From Cenococcum geophilum (taxonomy: Eukaryota): a stretch of 64,000 nt of DNA. Shown here in pieces: positions 1 to 12,670 of the stretch (its first letter is position 1; each line of letters begins with the position of its first letter). Made by a program: the position numbers and the translations under genes. Where the stretch lies: NCBI GenBank assembly GCA_050273025.1, contig CP158635.1:17174001-17238000 (forward strand), read 5' to 3'. A model generated the notes under the pieces. It saw only the letters and a list, made by a program, of their open reading frames with translations. It did no database searches and was not told the DNA's origin.

Positions 1-451
1 ATACCGTTAAACTAATCCGTAGGAGTAGCTCTATAATCCATTAATATATCTACCCTATTAGCCCCTATAATGTTAAGTAGAAAGTGCCACTAAACGGGTA
101 ATATATTAATAATTAACTTGCCCGCCCTTACTATAAATATAACACTAGTTAACTGGCGGACGCCTATCTAAACGCTAGCTAGAGCATTTGCTAAGTGGAT
201 ATTACGCCCAGTAATAAAGGAAAAAAAGGTTAAAGTTATTATAGAGTATTTATAGGACTGGGGATAGTCCTTTAGCAAACTTTCTTTAGCCTAGCTATAG
301 TATAGTACTAGTAAAAGATAACACTTAAAAAAAAAGAAGGTAAAGGAGCTTATTATTACCCTTTTAGGGGATAAAGAAACCCGTAATATAATTAAGGAGG
401 CTATAAATATTTATTTAGAACTAGTTAATATAGTTATAAATATCCTTTATA

Positions 452-877
452 TATTACGGACGCTTTAAGTACAATGTTATAACTACTTAGAGAGGAGTTG
501 GAAGAAGCTAGTTAGTTAATATAGGTACGGACCAAGATAGAACCCATAGAACTATATAATGAGGAATGGTAAGTAAGTCACATAATAGTTAAACGTATTA
601 GCTGCGTTAAATAAAAGGGACGTCACGTTTAATATAAATAAGACGTACATTACGTATAAGAAGGATTTTATAGGAGTACGGTTATATATTTAAGGACCCT
701 TAGTCCCTACCTAGATAGTTCCTTCCTTATAGTAATTCTTAGAATATAATTGGAGTTAATCTATTAGGCAATCACTCCACCAGTTATTATTACGTTGTTA
801 ACTTTTATACTTGTATTTCCTACACACCTAGCCTAATAACGAGCCCATCGTAGATCTTGCTATAAGGTTCCGTTACA
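452..877 (+). repeat. 5' LTR of Gypsy A1
   Basis: tattacggacgc...ggttccgttaca; direct repeat of 7983-8408. Confidence 0.96.
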
Positions 878-921
878 CAATTACTACCTAGTTACGGTAT
901 TAATATAAGAAGTTAAATAAT

Positions 922-3900
922 ATGCCACTAAAAGCAGCTACTATAACGCCATTAACGGCAGCAACTACTTTAAGGATAGGAGGTGATACTAATATAGTAA
1001 ATACTAACTTACAGTAACCTGTGACGGTTGGATAGCTATAGGAAATAGTTAACTAGCTAATAGCTAATAATATAGTGTTAGAAGAAAGACTTAACGGAAT
1101 AGGAGCAGTAAAGATTAAGCTACTATTAATTAAGAGATTTATAGGGGAGAGGTTAAAGCTTAAAGGATTCCTTACGCAGATATACTTTAAGGTCTTATAA
1201 GAGGGAGTAAAGTTACCTATACCTGTGGATCGGATAGCCTATACAGGACTATTCTTATTAGAAAAAGCACTTAAGTAGTTTAAATTTTACCTTACGGAGA
1301 TATAGGTAAATAGAATGACGACCACTAACTAAGACGTGCGATTTATGTTCTTAAGTTAGGAAGGATTCGCAGAATAACTTATACAGATATTTAGAGACCC
1401 GGAAGAAACAACTATAGTAAAAAGAAAACTCTAGAACCTTATACAATAAACTTTAGTAATTAAGTATATAATATAGTTTTAGACACTAGTAATATAAGTA
1501 GAGTGGAATAATAGGGCGCTTATAGTATAGTATAAACAGGGACTTAAGGCTAAAGTTTAGGACGCGATTATCCTAATAGAAGATATAGATACCCTAAGGG
1601 AACTAATAAATTAGGCGATTAAGATTAATAATTAGATCTACTAAAGGGAATAGGCTAAGAGAGGCTAGGATAAAGTTCTATAGTTATATAAGGCGCAGAG
1701 TATATAATAATAAAAGCTAAGTTAGAAACTATAGTATAGTGTAGAGCTAATAGACCTAAATAGCACTAAAGAAACCTATAAGAAATAAAGCAAACTATAG
1801 AAACCTAGAGGATAAGAATTAAGTAATTAAAGGTCTAAGGAGCAGAGGCTAAATTAGGGATCTTAATAGTAGAAGATATTTAGGCGGACTCTATAGTAAG
1901 AGAAATAGTTTAAAGAAGGAGCTTATATAAATTGCGGAAAATAGGGTTATTATATTAGAGACTATAGAAGTGGATAGAGTTGCTATATAGTAAAGGGTAT
2001 AAGACTAGTAGATAATATATATATATAAAGGGACGATAATATGCTATAAGGAATAAAAGAATGTTTAATCTAAAGTTTTATGTTTTATTATAATAACGCA
2101 TACTAAATTTATAAGAACGCTAAGTATAGCGTAAGCTATTAGCTATAAGAGCTAATATCTATAGGATATAAAGGAACTAATAAACTAGTTCGCAGATCGG
2201 ATATTAAGGACAATAAATTTAATTTAGGCGAAATATTCCGTAATAATAAGGTAATAAGGGCTGCTTACTAGGAGCGAGTAGACCTTAGAGATATTATACT
2301 AGAGGTAGAGGATAATTCCACTATAAAATAGGGAATATTAGTAGGAATTAAAACCCTACTAAATACGATGTCTATCGCTTTATAAGACGTAAGAGAAGTA
2401 GGACAGTAAACTACTTCGGCACTTAATAAAGGTAAAAGGCTAAAGGCTTAAGATTCTTATAGCGAGATAAGAGATAACTAAGATTCTTAAGACAAGATAA
2501 GGTAAGCTTAAGGACCTATAATAGATAATAACCGATAGAGTAGAGCAGCAGCTTAGTTTAAAAATATACGAATAAGCTTAGGATGGAAGTTCCTATAAGC
2601 ATAAGATTCTTAAGATAAGATAAGTAAGATTTAAGATTCTTAAGACAAGATAAGAACACTAAGTAAGCCTAGTTAAACTAAGGCTAGAGCTAAGCTTAAG
2701 TTAGAAGCAAGCTCAGGATTAAAGAGCCTAAGGGGTTAAGAATTTGGAGTATAAATTAAGACACCTATAGATAAGAGGTAAGGAGCTTCTTTATAGATTA
2801 GAGAATCTGTAGCATAAATAGCAATTAGACTAGGAGACGAATATATAGACCTAGAGGATTTACTAGTTAAATAAAGTGTTTAGACTAAAGATTAAAAAGT
2901 TAATACTAGGATTAAGAAGTAAGATAACTTCGAAGATTAGAGCGTAAGGCATAAACTAAAAGAAACTATAGAAGAGTTTAGGCAAAGAATTATCATATAG
3001 TAAGAACAGAAACTAGACAAAAGATCTAGTATATTAGGACGTATAAAGGATAGAGTACTAGTATAAAGAATTACTAATAGACTAAGAATAGGTATACTAA
3101 GAGCTAAGTGGCTTACTAAATTAGAAAATAAAAAGGATCTAGGGATTCTAACTAGGTTTAAGAAACGATATATAAAGGGCTATTATAATGTAGTAATAAG
3201 AAGATACTTCCTTATAGACAGACTATATATACTCTAGCAGCTATATTAAAAGTGGTATAGGTAAAGGCATAATAATAAGTAGGAAGATTTCTATATATAG
3301 TTGGATGAAAAAGTTATTTAAGACTACCCGATTATAGAGAAGGCCATAACGCATATTAAAGGAGCCTTAATTATAATATTAAAGGATCTAAAAGAATAAT
3401 TAGAGGACTAGAGAAGCAAGAGATGTATCTTAGTACCTATAAATAAAGTTATAATATTTAGATTAGTATAATAAAGGTTTAAACTTAGGGATAAAGATAA
3501 GCTAAGAGTTAACCTAAAGCACCTAGTATATTATACGTTATTATGGATTATATGCGTAGATAATATATATAAAATATATAAGAATCTAAAGGAAAAAAAA
3601 TCGGAAATACCCTATAAGGATATACTAGATAATAGATAAGCAATAGTATAGGAATGCTAAATATATATATAGATGGCATCCAGCAGAGGTCTAAGAGGAA
3701 GGAAGTTTAGTACTTTAACTAGGAAGATTCCTTACGGAAGAATGCTTAGACGGACAATAGTGGTGAAAATGCCTAGAAAACACGTATTTATAGTATATTA
3801 AAGATAAAAAGCGAACTAGGTATTAGCTAAAGAACGAGCTAAGTATACTAGGATTAAGCAACTAATAGTTAGGAAAAGTAGAGGCCTATAGGACTAAAGG

Positions 3901-6900
3901 GAGCCAATAGTAGAGCCTTAGACCCTTAAAGGAATTTAAGGATAATACCTAAATTTACGAATTAATTAGTAAGATTAGCAGTTTAAAGCGCTAATAGATA
4001 GTAGAGTAACGCGAAACTATATCTTACTAGTAGTAGTTAAGAGAATAGAACTACCTTATAAATAAAAGGAGCAACCTTACTTATTAGTTATAATTTTAGG
4101 AGATCTAATAACCTATAGAGGAGGGATTATTAATCTTAAAATAGGACCTATTTAGATAACTATTAAAGGAAGATAAATTAAGATGTCTTTTAATATCCTA
4201 CTATTAGGACGGGATGAGGCAGTATTAAGTATACCTTAGTTATAGGAATACAATCTAAGGATTAATTAGATTATAGGTCAGGTTAATATTAGAGATACTT
4301 AACGCTGTAAAATACAATAATAAGCTAAGTTGGTATAGTACTAAGTAGGAGCAACCTATAAAGAAATAGAAAAAGGACTAAGTTATATATTAAAGAGATA
4401 CCATAAATACGGCAAGAAACTATGGTTACTAAAAAGTAAAAAGCTGTTAGAATATGCAGCATAGGACTATAAGATAGAATTAAAACTAGGAATAAGTCTA
4501 AGGTTCTTTCTAATCTATAAGCTTACTAAAAAAGAAGGTAGAGCATTAAAAGAGTTTATCTAAGAGAACTTATAAAAGGGATATATTAGACTATTATAGT
4601 CATTAGCAGGATATCCAGTACTATTTGTATTAAAGAAGAATGGTAAACTAAGGCTGTATATTAACTATAGATAGTTAAACAGTATTACTAGAAAGGATAG
4701 GTATTCTTTACCCTTAATTAGCGAAATCTAAGACCGGATAGGTAATATATAAATCTTTACGAAGATAGATCTAAGATAGGCGTACTATTAGATTAGGATT
4801 AAGGAGGGCAACAAATAAAAGGCAGCCTTTAGGTTAAAGAAAGGACTATATAAACTATTAGTTATATAATTCGGACTTATAAACGCACTAGTAACGTTCT
4901 AGAAGCGTATTAATAATATATTAGGAGAATACTTAGATAAATTTGTTATAATATATTTTAATAATATTATTATCTACTTAATAACTAAGGAAGAATACGG
5001 GGAATACGTTAAATAGGTCTTAAAGAGACTATAAGAGGAATAAATACTAGTAGCAATTAAAAAATACAAGTTCTTTACTAGAAAGATAAATTTTATTAAA
5101 TTTATTATTAAACTAGGCCAACTTAATATAGATCTAAAGAAGATTAAGGTTATAGTAAATTGGTAGGAACTAGAGAATGTTATATAGTTAAGATCGTTCT
5201 TAGGGTTTTGCAATTACTATAGGAGGTTTATAGCATAGTAGTTAAAGGATATTAAGCCATTTATAAGATTAATAAAGAAAGAAGAACTATAGGTATAGGG
5301 AAAGGAGTAAAGAAAACTCTTTAAGAAAGTTAAAGAGTTATTTACCTAGGAGCTAGTTCTTAAGATCTATTAACTAGGACTAGAGATAGTTATAGAGATA
5401 GATATATTAGATTATATACTAGGGGCGTGCTTTATATAAAGGCATTAAGATAGATAGCACCTAGTAGCATACTATAGTTAAAAGATAATACTACTAGAGT
5501 TAAACTATAACATCTATAATAAGGAGTTGTTAGGTATAGTTACAGCATTAAAGAAATAGAGAGCATTTTTATAAGGTATAGAGAAACTATTTATAGTTAA
5601 GATGAATTATAAAAACCTAATAGGATTTCTAATAACAAAGGAACTTAACTAAAGATAGGTTAGATAGGCAGAGATGCTTACGGAATACTATTTTAAGATT
5701 TAGTATACTAAAGGTATAGATAATACACGGGCAGATACTCTAAGCCGTAAAGCTAAACTATAAAATAAGGAAAAGCTATTAGGGGCTTTATTACGGAAAG
5801 ATATAGATAGATTAATTAGATATAATTATCTAAAAATTATAGTAACTTAAAAAGATAATAAACTAGAGAAAGTCTATAAGATACTAGAAAGCTTTTAGGT
5901 ATAAAGAATTCTAAAAGCATAGCTAGAAGATCTATAGATAGATATATACGAAAATTAAAAAGTAAAGTATATCCTAAAAAGCATAGCAGAGTAGTTTATA
6001 GAAGACTTCTATAAGGAACTAACTTAAGGACATAATAGAGCAACAGGCTTAGTATTAAAACTTTAAAAGGAGTATATTATTAACAGAATCTAGAAGATAG
6101 CTAGAAAAGTTATAAAGAAATATTTAGATTGCTAAAGAAATAAACTAATAAGGTATAAGCCGTATAGAGGGCTATAACCTATTAAAACACCAGAAAGACT
6201 ATAGGAGGTTATATTATAGGACTTTATTATTAAGTTACTAAAATTAAGAGATCCTATTACCAGATAAGATTATAACACAATCTTAGTAATAATAGATAAG
6301 CTTATAAAATAGGGATACTTTATAGCCTATACGGAAGAAATATTAGCGGAAAATATCGCTAGAATCTATATTAAAGAAGTATTTATAAGACATAGAGTAC
6401 TAAATAAAATTATATTAAATAGAGATCTAAGATTTATAGTAGTATTTTAGGAAGTATTCTTAGTAGAGTAAAGAATTTAAGCAGTAACTTCTACCGCATA
6501 CTATTTATAGACAGACGGTTAAATGGAAAGATTAAATTAGACACTAGAGCAGTATCTAAGGCATTATATTAATTATATATAGAATAATTAAGTATTACTA
6601 TTACTAGTTATATAGTTTATATACAATATAACACCTTAAGAAGGAATAGGTACATTATTATTTAAGGCAAATTACGGGTATAAGCTAAGAATATTATTAT
6701 TACTATAGTAAGTGAAGAAAACAAGTAGTATAGCTAAAGAAAGAATAAAGATATTAATAAATCTTTATATAGACCTTATGGAATCAGTAAAGAAAGTATA
6801 AGAAAGAATAAAAAAGTACTATAATACTAAGAGATCTAAGGGACCAGATCTTAAGGAGGGAGATAAAGTATAGCTACTACATAAAAATTTCAAGAGTTGA

Positions 6901-7287
6901 CGACTAAGTAAGAAGTTAGACTACGTTAAACTAGGACCTTTTAAAATTATATAGAAGATTTTACCGGTCACGTTTAAGTTAAACCTACTAGCCAAAATAA
7001 AGATCTACCCTATACAGCATATTGTAATACTAGAGCCAGTATATAGGAATATTAAGCCACTAGTTTATAAAGCAGATACGTATAGAGGATAAGAAGAAGA
7101 CAAATAGTAAGTATTAAAGATTATTAATTATAAGGACATTAACAACAAAACATGGTACGAGATTAAGTGGATAGGCTATACTAAGACTACCTAGGAGCCA
7201 CTAAAGAATTTAAAGAACGCTATAGGAAAGGTATAGGAGTATTAAAAGAGATTAGGTTAGGTAGTATTAATAAAGAAGGATTACTAA
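922..7287 (+). pseudogene. gag(-extension)-pol of Gypsy A1
   Basis: ATG at 922. Gag motif RF.GER.KLKGFLTQ (~1135-1180). CCHC knuckle ~1918-1965. Protease ALIDS.. ~3988. RT YR.LN..T.KD.YPLP.I ~4665-4720 and degenerate YLDD ~4953. RNase H, integrase (W.VI.WDFI.KLP ~6200-6240, HP.TDG..ER.N ~6500-6540) and chromodomain (YE.KW.GY...TWEP..NL ~7155-7215). Many RIP stops; end coordinate approximate. Confidence 0.92.
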
Positions 7288-7874
7288 AGAATAAGTTACC
7301 TAAGGGGGACCTAAAAAGAGTAGTTACCGAACTACTTAGATCTATTTCCTTCTCTATTAAAGGAGAATCTATTCTTTTATTACCTAGTTCCTAAAGACCT
7401 TATTAAATAAGCTTCTATTCCTTTAAATAAACTTTCTTATAAATATATTCTAAACGCTAAAGACAAGTATAAGCTAGACGCTAAGCTTTAAGGATATATA
7501 CGGACTCTTTTAAGGTACGCTAAACCTTAAGCAGCGCAGAGGCTAGTTTACTATTAAGCTTCGTAATAGTAAATTAAATATAAAACCCTAAGATAAATTA
7601 ATTAGGGAACTAGACGACTATTAAGGGTAATAGGTCGCGTATACTTAGCATTAGACGTAGAATAAATATCACACGATAAACGTATATTGGCGCGAGTATA
7701 TTTAGAATAAGAGGAGGGTTAGTAACTAGAAGGACTCGCGATCGTAATATAACTTAACCCCTCTTTTATATAACGAGAGTAAGGGATTGCTATTACTTTA
7801 CCGAGTAATAGTATTAAGGAGATGGTATAAAGGCGACGCTTAACCTAAGAGAGAGAAGAAATTGCTTTAGGTAT
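7187..7874 (-). pseudogene. Antisense accessory gene of Gypsy A1: Zn2Cys6-like cluster plus coiled coil, one inferred intron
   Basis: Consensus across the five copies: MPKA...LGE.M..PCSRCAKEGL.(C)......PSSCS.CT.AN...SCD. After a ~55-bp intron-like segment: ...RLQRLE..R.KVHSKEWKLI..GL.EL. Ends approximate. Confidence 0.65.
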
Positions 7875-7982
7875 TATAAGCAATAATATTAACTAAATTA
7901 ATTAGACGGATATTATACCTCTAGTAAATAACCTAGAAATGCTAGGTATCTTTAAGGATAAAGATAAAGAGGAGGGAGATAG

Positions 7983-8408
7983 TGTTACGGACGCTTTAAG
8001 TATAATATTATAACTACTTAAAGAGGAGTTAGAAGAAGCTAGTTAGTTAATATAAGTATAGACTAGGATAGAACCTGTAGAACTATATAATAAGGAATAG
8101 TAAGCAAGTTATATAATGGTTAAACGTATTAGCTGCGTTAAATAAAAGGGACATTACGTTTAATATAGATAAGACATATATTATATATAAGAAGGATTTT
8201 ATAGAAGTACAGTTATATATTTAAGGACCCTTAGTCCCTACCTAGATAGTTCCTTCCTTGTAGTAATTCTTAGAATATAATTAGAGTTAATCTATTGGGC
8301 AACTACTCCACCAGTTGTTATTACGTTGTTGACTTTTATACTTGCATTTCCTACATACCTAGCCCAATAACGAGCCTATCGTAGTTCTTACTATAAGGTT
8401 CCGTTACA
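7983..8408 (+). repeat. 3' LTR of Gypsy A1
   Basis: tgttacggacgc...ccgttaca, followed by the TSD ttata. Confidence 0.96.
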
Positions 8409-10738
8409 TTATAAAGAGCTTTATAATCTTTATCAGCAGATAGTTATTTTTAGCCTATAGAAGTTAAATCTAGAGCTTAAAGACGTTTAACTCTCGTAGA
8501 GCTATAAAGCAATTAGTTAATATACCCCTCTACTCTACTAACTAATAGAAGGATTATTGGCATAATTAAGAAGTAATAAATTACGAAATCCGTACTTAGG
8601 GTAGGTTATTCTTCTTATATTTATCCTTTTATTAGGCCGCGCTTAAAGCTTTACTAACTATTTTACTTAGCTTTTTAGTCTTTATTTTTAAGGTATAGGT
8701 ATAAAGCATTAAGTTCTATTACTACTTTATAAACTAGGGCTTATTAACGGATATAAGACGCTTAACTATTAGAAGATAGGATTAGCTAAACGCTTTAAGG
8801 AAGGTTATAGTACTAGCGGCGGATATACTGGCGCTAATATTGTTAAAGACTTACCTCCAATTAATATCTACTTTTGATAATATCTATATTATATATAACA
8901 ATTTTAATTACCTTAAGCAAACGTAATATTAGTTAATTGGAGATACTAGTGTTTTATATTCCTATACTACTGGAAAGCTTATCTATAGATTTTATATTCC
9001 CCTAGTAGCCTTCTTTAAAGTATACTATATAACTAAGTATAGCTTCGGATTAAGAATATTACTAAGGCACTAGGCAATATATATAATAGCGTTTAAAGTT
9101 AGATATCTATTTTTATTATTATAGATGCTCTCTAAAGTACGTATCTGGCTGCTATAAATAGTATTTTTAAATCTAACACTAGGCTTAAATATCCGCGTAT
9201 GCCTAAGATTAATATTCTGCTATTTATAAAGACAACCTATATAAACCTAGGCCCTATTATAGAGAGCGAGGCTTTTATAAATGGCAACTACTATATACTT
9301 AAGACGATCTTCCTAGAGCAACTACAGCTTAATTATAATAACGATTTTTAGGACTAATTATATCTAGTATACGGTAATTAGAAAACTATAAAGCTTATTT
9401 ATACCTATAAGCGGGAGCGGGCGGAGGCTGCGCTCTTATATAATAGCTACCGTTAGGTACTACCTATTCTAGGTCTTTAGCACCTTTAGTTAAACTTCCT
9501 ATATATAATTATAAGGACTTTCTTTAGTGGTAAGTAATATACGTAGTAGTACTCTACGCTCTATACTTATATAAACCACCTTAGGTAACGAAATATTCCT
9601 ATAGAGCGCCCTCCCTTTTACTATTTTAAGGAGCTAGTACTATATAGTTTTAATACCTATATTATTGCACTCTTCTTAATATATATCCGCGATAGACTTA
9701 ATATCTATAAAAAAGGTGCGGTTAAAAGATACATTAAATTCTTAACGCCTAAGCAGTTTCTATAGCATATTAAGGATATCTATATAGCGGGTTTTAGCTT
9801 TAAAGTCGGCCGTAAGGCTAATAAATTAGTTTCTCCGCAGCCCTCTGCCCGCGGAGGTTCTTAAATTATAAATTAATTATTTATAGTTCCTAACTCTGCT
9901 ACTATAAGCTAGCCCACTTAGATTGTTAATATAGAGTTCTTTAATTATATTTAGTATCTATAGGTGGTTAAAATATATAAAGTGTTAAAATATGCTATTA
10001 AGTATACGGATATCGGTCTTTTAAAACGTGTAATTACCCATCTTTGCCTTTACTTTACTAAATTAAGGAGCAATAACTATATATCTAAAATAATGTACTT
10101 CTAAAGGTTAGTTATAATAGAGGCGTATAATCTAGTACTTTAGTAGGCCATACTTATAAACGGGCTAATTAATAATTACGGAGAGCCAAATAGCTTTTTT
10201 AAAGCTGATTAACTTAATAAACTACTAAATCTTTAGCTAAAGGAGTTACTCTAATTACGCGGAAACTTGACCTTTAGAGTAGACTCTCTATTTAGGTAGA
10301 GTGTTCTTACTATAAGTTATACTAGACCTCTTTATACTAAGTTTAAGGATGCGTTTAGTAAGCGGATAATATCCAATTATATAATTAAGTCTTCTGCGGT
10401 TAATATCCAGTCCCTTACGGATATAATTATGCGTTAGCATATGCGGGACGTTAGGTTTAAAGCACCTACTATTTTTTAACTTAGATTAGAGCGGCTCTTA
10501 TAAGGCGGTATTACTAATTTTAATATGCGGATGTCTTATATTAGCAGTTTACTATATAACCCTTATAAAGACGGATTTAATAAGGCTATAGATAATATGC
10601 CAGAGGACTTTTAAATACTTAGGCTTATAGTACGTTTCTATCTTTATATTAAGTAAGTTCTTTTTTATTAATATTAACTCTAGCTAGTGTATAATCTTCT
10701 TAATGCGTAGTATATAACGTAGTAGTTAGCTATTTTAT

Positions 10739-12670
10739 AGTGCGGATATATAAATCTCTTCATCTTAGCTTATATGGATATTATAATATTAATTAAGTAT
10801 ATCTATTAAGTATAAGGCGGAGACTTAATTCCTATATATATAGTAGCAAAAAGGTAAGAGCTACTATTTTATTATTATAAACCCGCAATAATAGCTAACC
10901 TATAGTAATAGCTAACTTATATCTACTTATTCGATATCTAGTAGCCTAGTATTATGTATAAGTGTAATAACACCACACCTTAGGAATGCAAGCTCATCCT
11001 TTATCTTACTTAGAGAATCTCTAAACTTATTTAACTGGCGGTCTATAGCTTAAATATCTTTCGCTATATTAGTTACCCGTTTACAAACTATATTAATACG
11101 CGCAGAAACAGCGATTACTAAATATACCTTAATAGACCCGATGCCAGCGGAAGCGGTAGTAGTAATAGCAGCAGCACCCGGCGTGCTAGTAATTAGCAAA
11201 AGAGTTAGAGGAGTAGCGGTAGAGCGGGTGCCTCTACAGTTGTGCGTACTACTGTAAGTAGGAGTTTTAATAGGGGGGGAGGTTTTAGTGGGGGGAGGCG
11301 TGGTAACGCGGGCGGGGATAGTATAAGAATAAAGCTATACAGATATTAGCAATATCCGTATTATTAACACGTAGATACTATACCTTCTTAGTAGTTGTAT
11401 TAGCTAGATTACTAGTAGAAGCTAATTTCGCACGTTTTCTGCTTTAAGGTGTAACTAGCTCTAGAATTAATAAACTTTCTTATACGCGTGTTAGCTGATA
11501 GAATAATAGTATACTATTAGTATATACCTTTCCGCACGACCTACCGCCTATATAATATCTTAAGTATATACCCCTAAAATGAGGCCCGGAGTTCTTCTTG
11601 TAAACGCGATATTTATAGCTATACTTCTCATATAGAGCATATAGCGGATTACGCAGCTTACTAAAGCTACCTTTAATATTCTAGACGTGTATTAATATCC
11701 ACTAGCGACTTTCCTTTATATTCTCCTAAACACTAGCTTTTAGAATATACTATTTATTTACTAACAGCACTTAGATAGGAAGGCGCTTATTTATATTTGT
11801 AGTACTATAAAGATTATAAGGGCTGCGGAGATTATAAGGGCTGCGGAGATTATAAGAGTCGGCGTTATTAAGATTTTTATCTTTACCGCTATTTGAAGAT
11901 TCGCTATTTAAAGAAACCTTATAAATATCTAGGTTACTATAAGAGGTAAATTAGTAGATAAGATATTAAAACGGTATAACTAATATATACAATTTAATGG
12001 TTATCTTAGTCTTTAGATTCGTATTAGCAGCCTTTTTAGCCTACTTTCTAAGAAAAGAAGATAAACGAGCCTTATTAAGCCTCTTTTTAGAGGTATTAGG
12101 TGGCGGCAGTAGAGAGGCAAACGGCGAAGAAGCGGACGGTAAAGAAACTAACGGTAAAGTGGTTTACGGTAAAGATATAGGCAGCAAAAAGGTGCGCGGA
12201 TTTTTAGCGGATTTTGCTCTATCTATATTTTTGTCATCTACTAAATCCTATAAAGAGCGCTTCGGTATATATTTTCTAAAATTATATTAGCTATAGGTAT
12301 AATTTAGTATTAGAAAGCTTACTCTTTAGGAATAGAGTCTAAAGGCTTAGTTAGAGCAGCTATAGCGTACTTAATAGCATCCTTGTTTATTTTACGTATA
12401 TCGAGTTTCTTAACCGCCTAGCTGCTATTATTTATATTTATATTATTTATAGGTATAAATAAAGGTATTATAGATAGTAGAATGCTAAGGGACAGTGGAT
12501 AAAATAACAATGATAAAGTTTGCGGTGCGGTGCTGTAAGGTAGAAGGTTAGTAGAGGAAGAAGAGGTGCGGAGGTTAATTAAAGGTAAATATCTACGCTA
12601 CCGATTTTATTAAATTAGCTTACTAATAAATAATTGCTACTATAGTAACTTACCTTAGTAATTATCAATA
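10739..12670 (-). pseudogene. Unit 1 of a ~1.95-kb tandem duplication; degenerate multi-exon gene of unknown function (Ser/Pro-rich, Cys-rich segment)
   Basis: Colinear with 12671-14630. Minus-strand GTAAG donors (cttac at ~12319 and ~11007) and GCTAAY branch sites are conserved in both units. Confidence 0.6.

Larger units (their letters stand above)
452..8408 (+). mobile_element. Ty3/Gypsy chromovirus, family A copy 1 (complete, RIP-inactivated)
   Basis: 426-bp LTRs at 452-877 and 7983-8408 (TG...CA). TSD TTATA at 447-451 and 8409-8413. Polypurine tract before 7983. Domain order gag-PR-RT-RH-IN-chromodomain. Confidence 0.97.
1..10620 (+). pseudogene. Degenerate DUF6589-like / Academ-type DDE transposase, split by Gypsy A1 (coding parts ~1-451 and 8414-~10620)
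   Basis: The frame reads across the TTATA TSD. RIP-reverted motifs: LGL.DGYKTL (~8730-8765), IYDNFDY (literal IYNNFNY, ~8890-8915), LGPI.ESEA...GN (~9245-9290), LVYGDQKT (~9364-9390), W.LPIPGLWH (~9453-9485), NGL.N..GEPDSFFEAD.LNELLN (~10158-10230). Probable short introns near 8803-8849 and 10653-10683. Confidence 0.75.

Noticed and set aside
878..900. tRNA primer-binding site after the family A 5' LTR
   Set aside because: No TGG-initiated PBS is recognisable. Self-priming is possible, but I see only a 6-bp complement, which is too weak to claim.
4974..5213. Track ORFs at 4974, 11997, 22075, 22843, 45267, 48999, 49472, 49658 and 50412
   Set aside because: Chance frames antisense to degenerate TE genes or within LTR/TIR/repeat sequence; no recognisable motifs.
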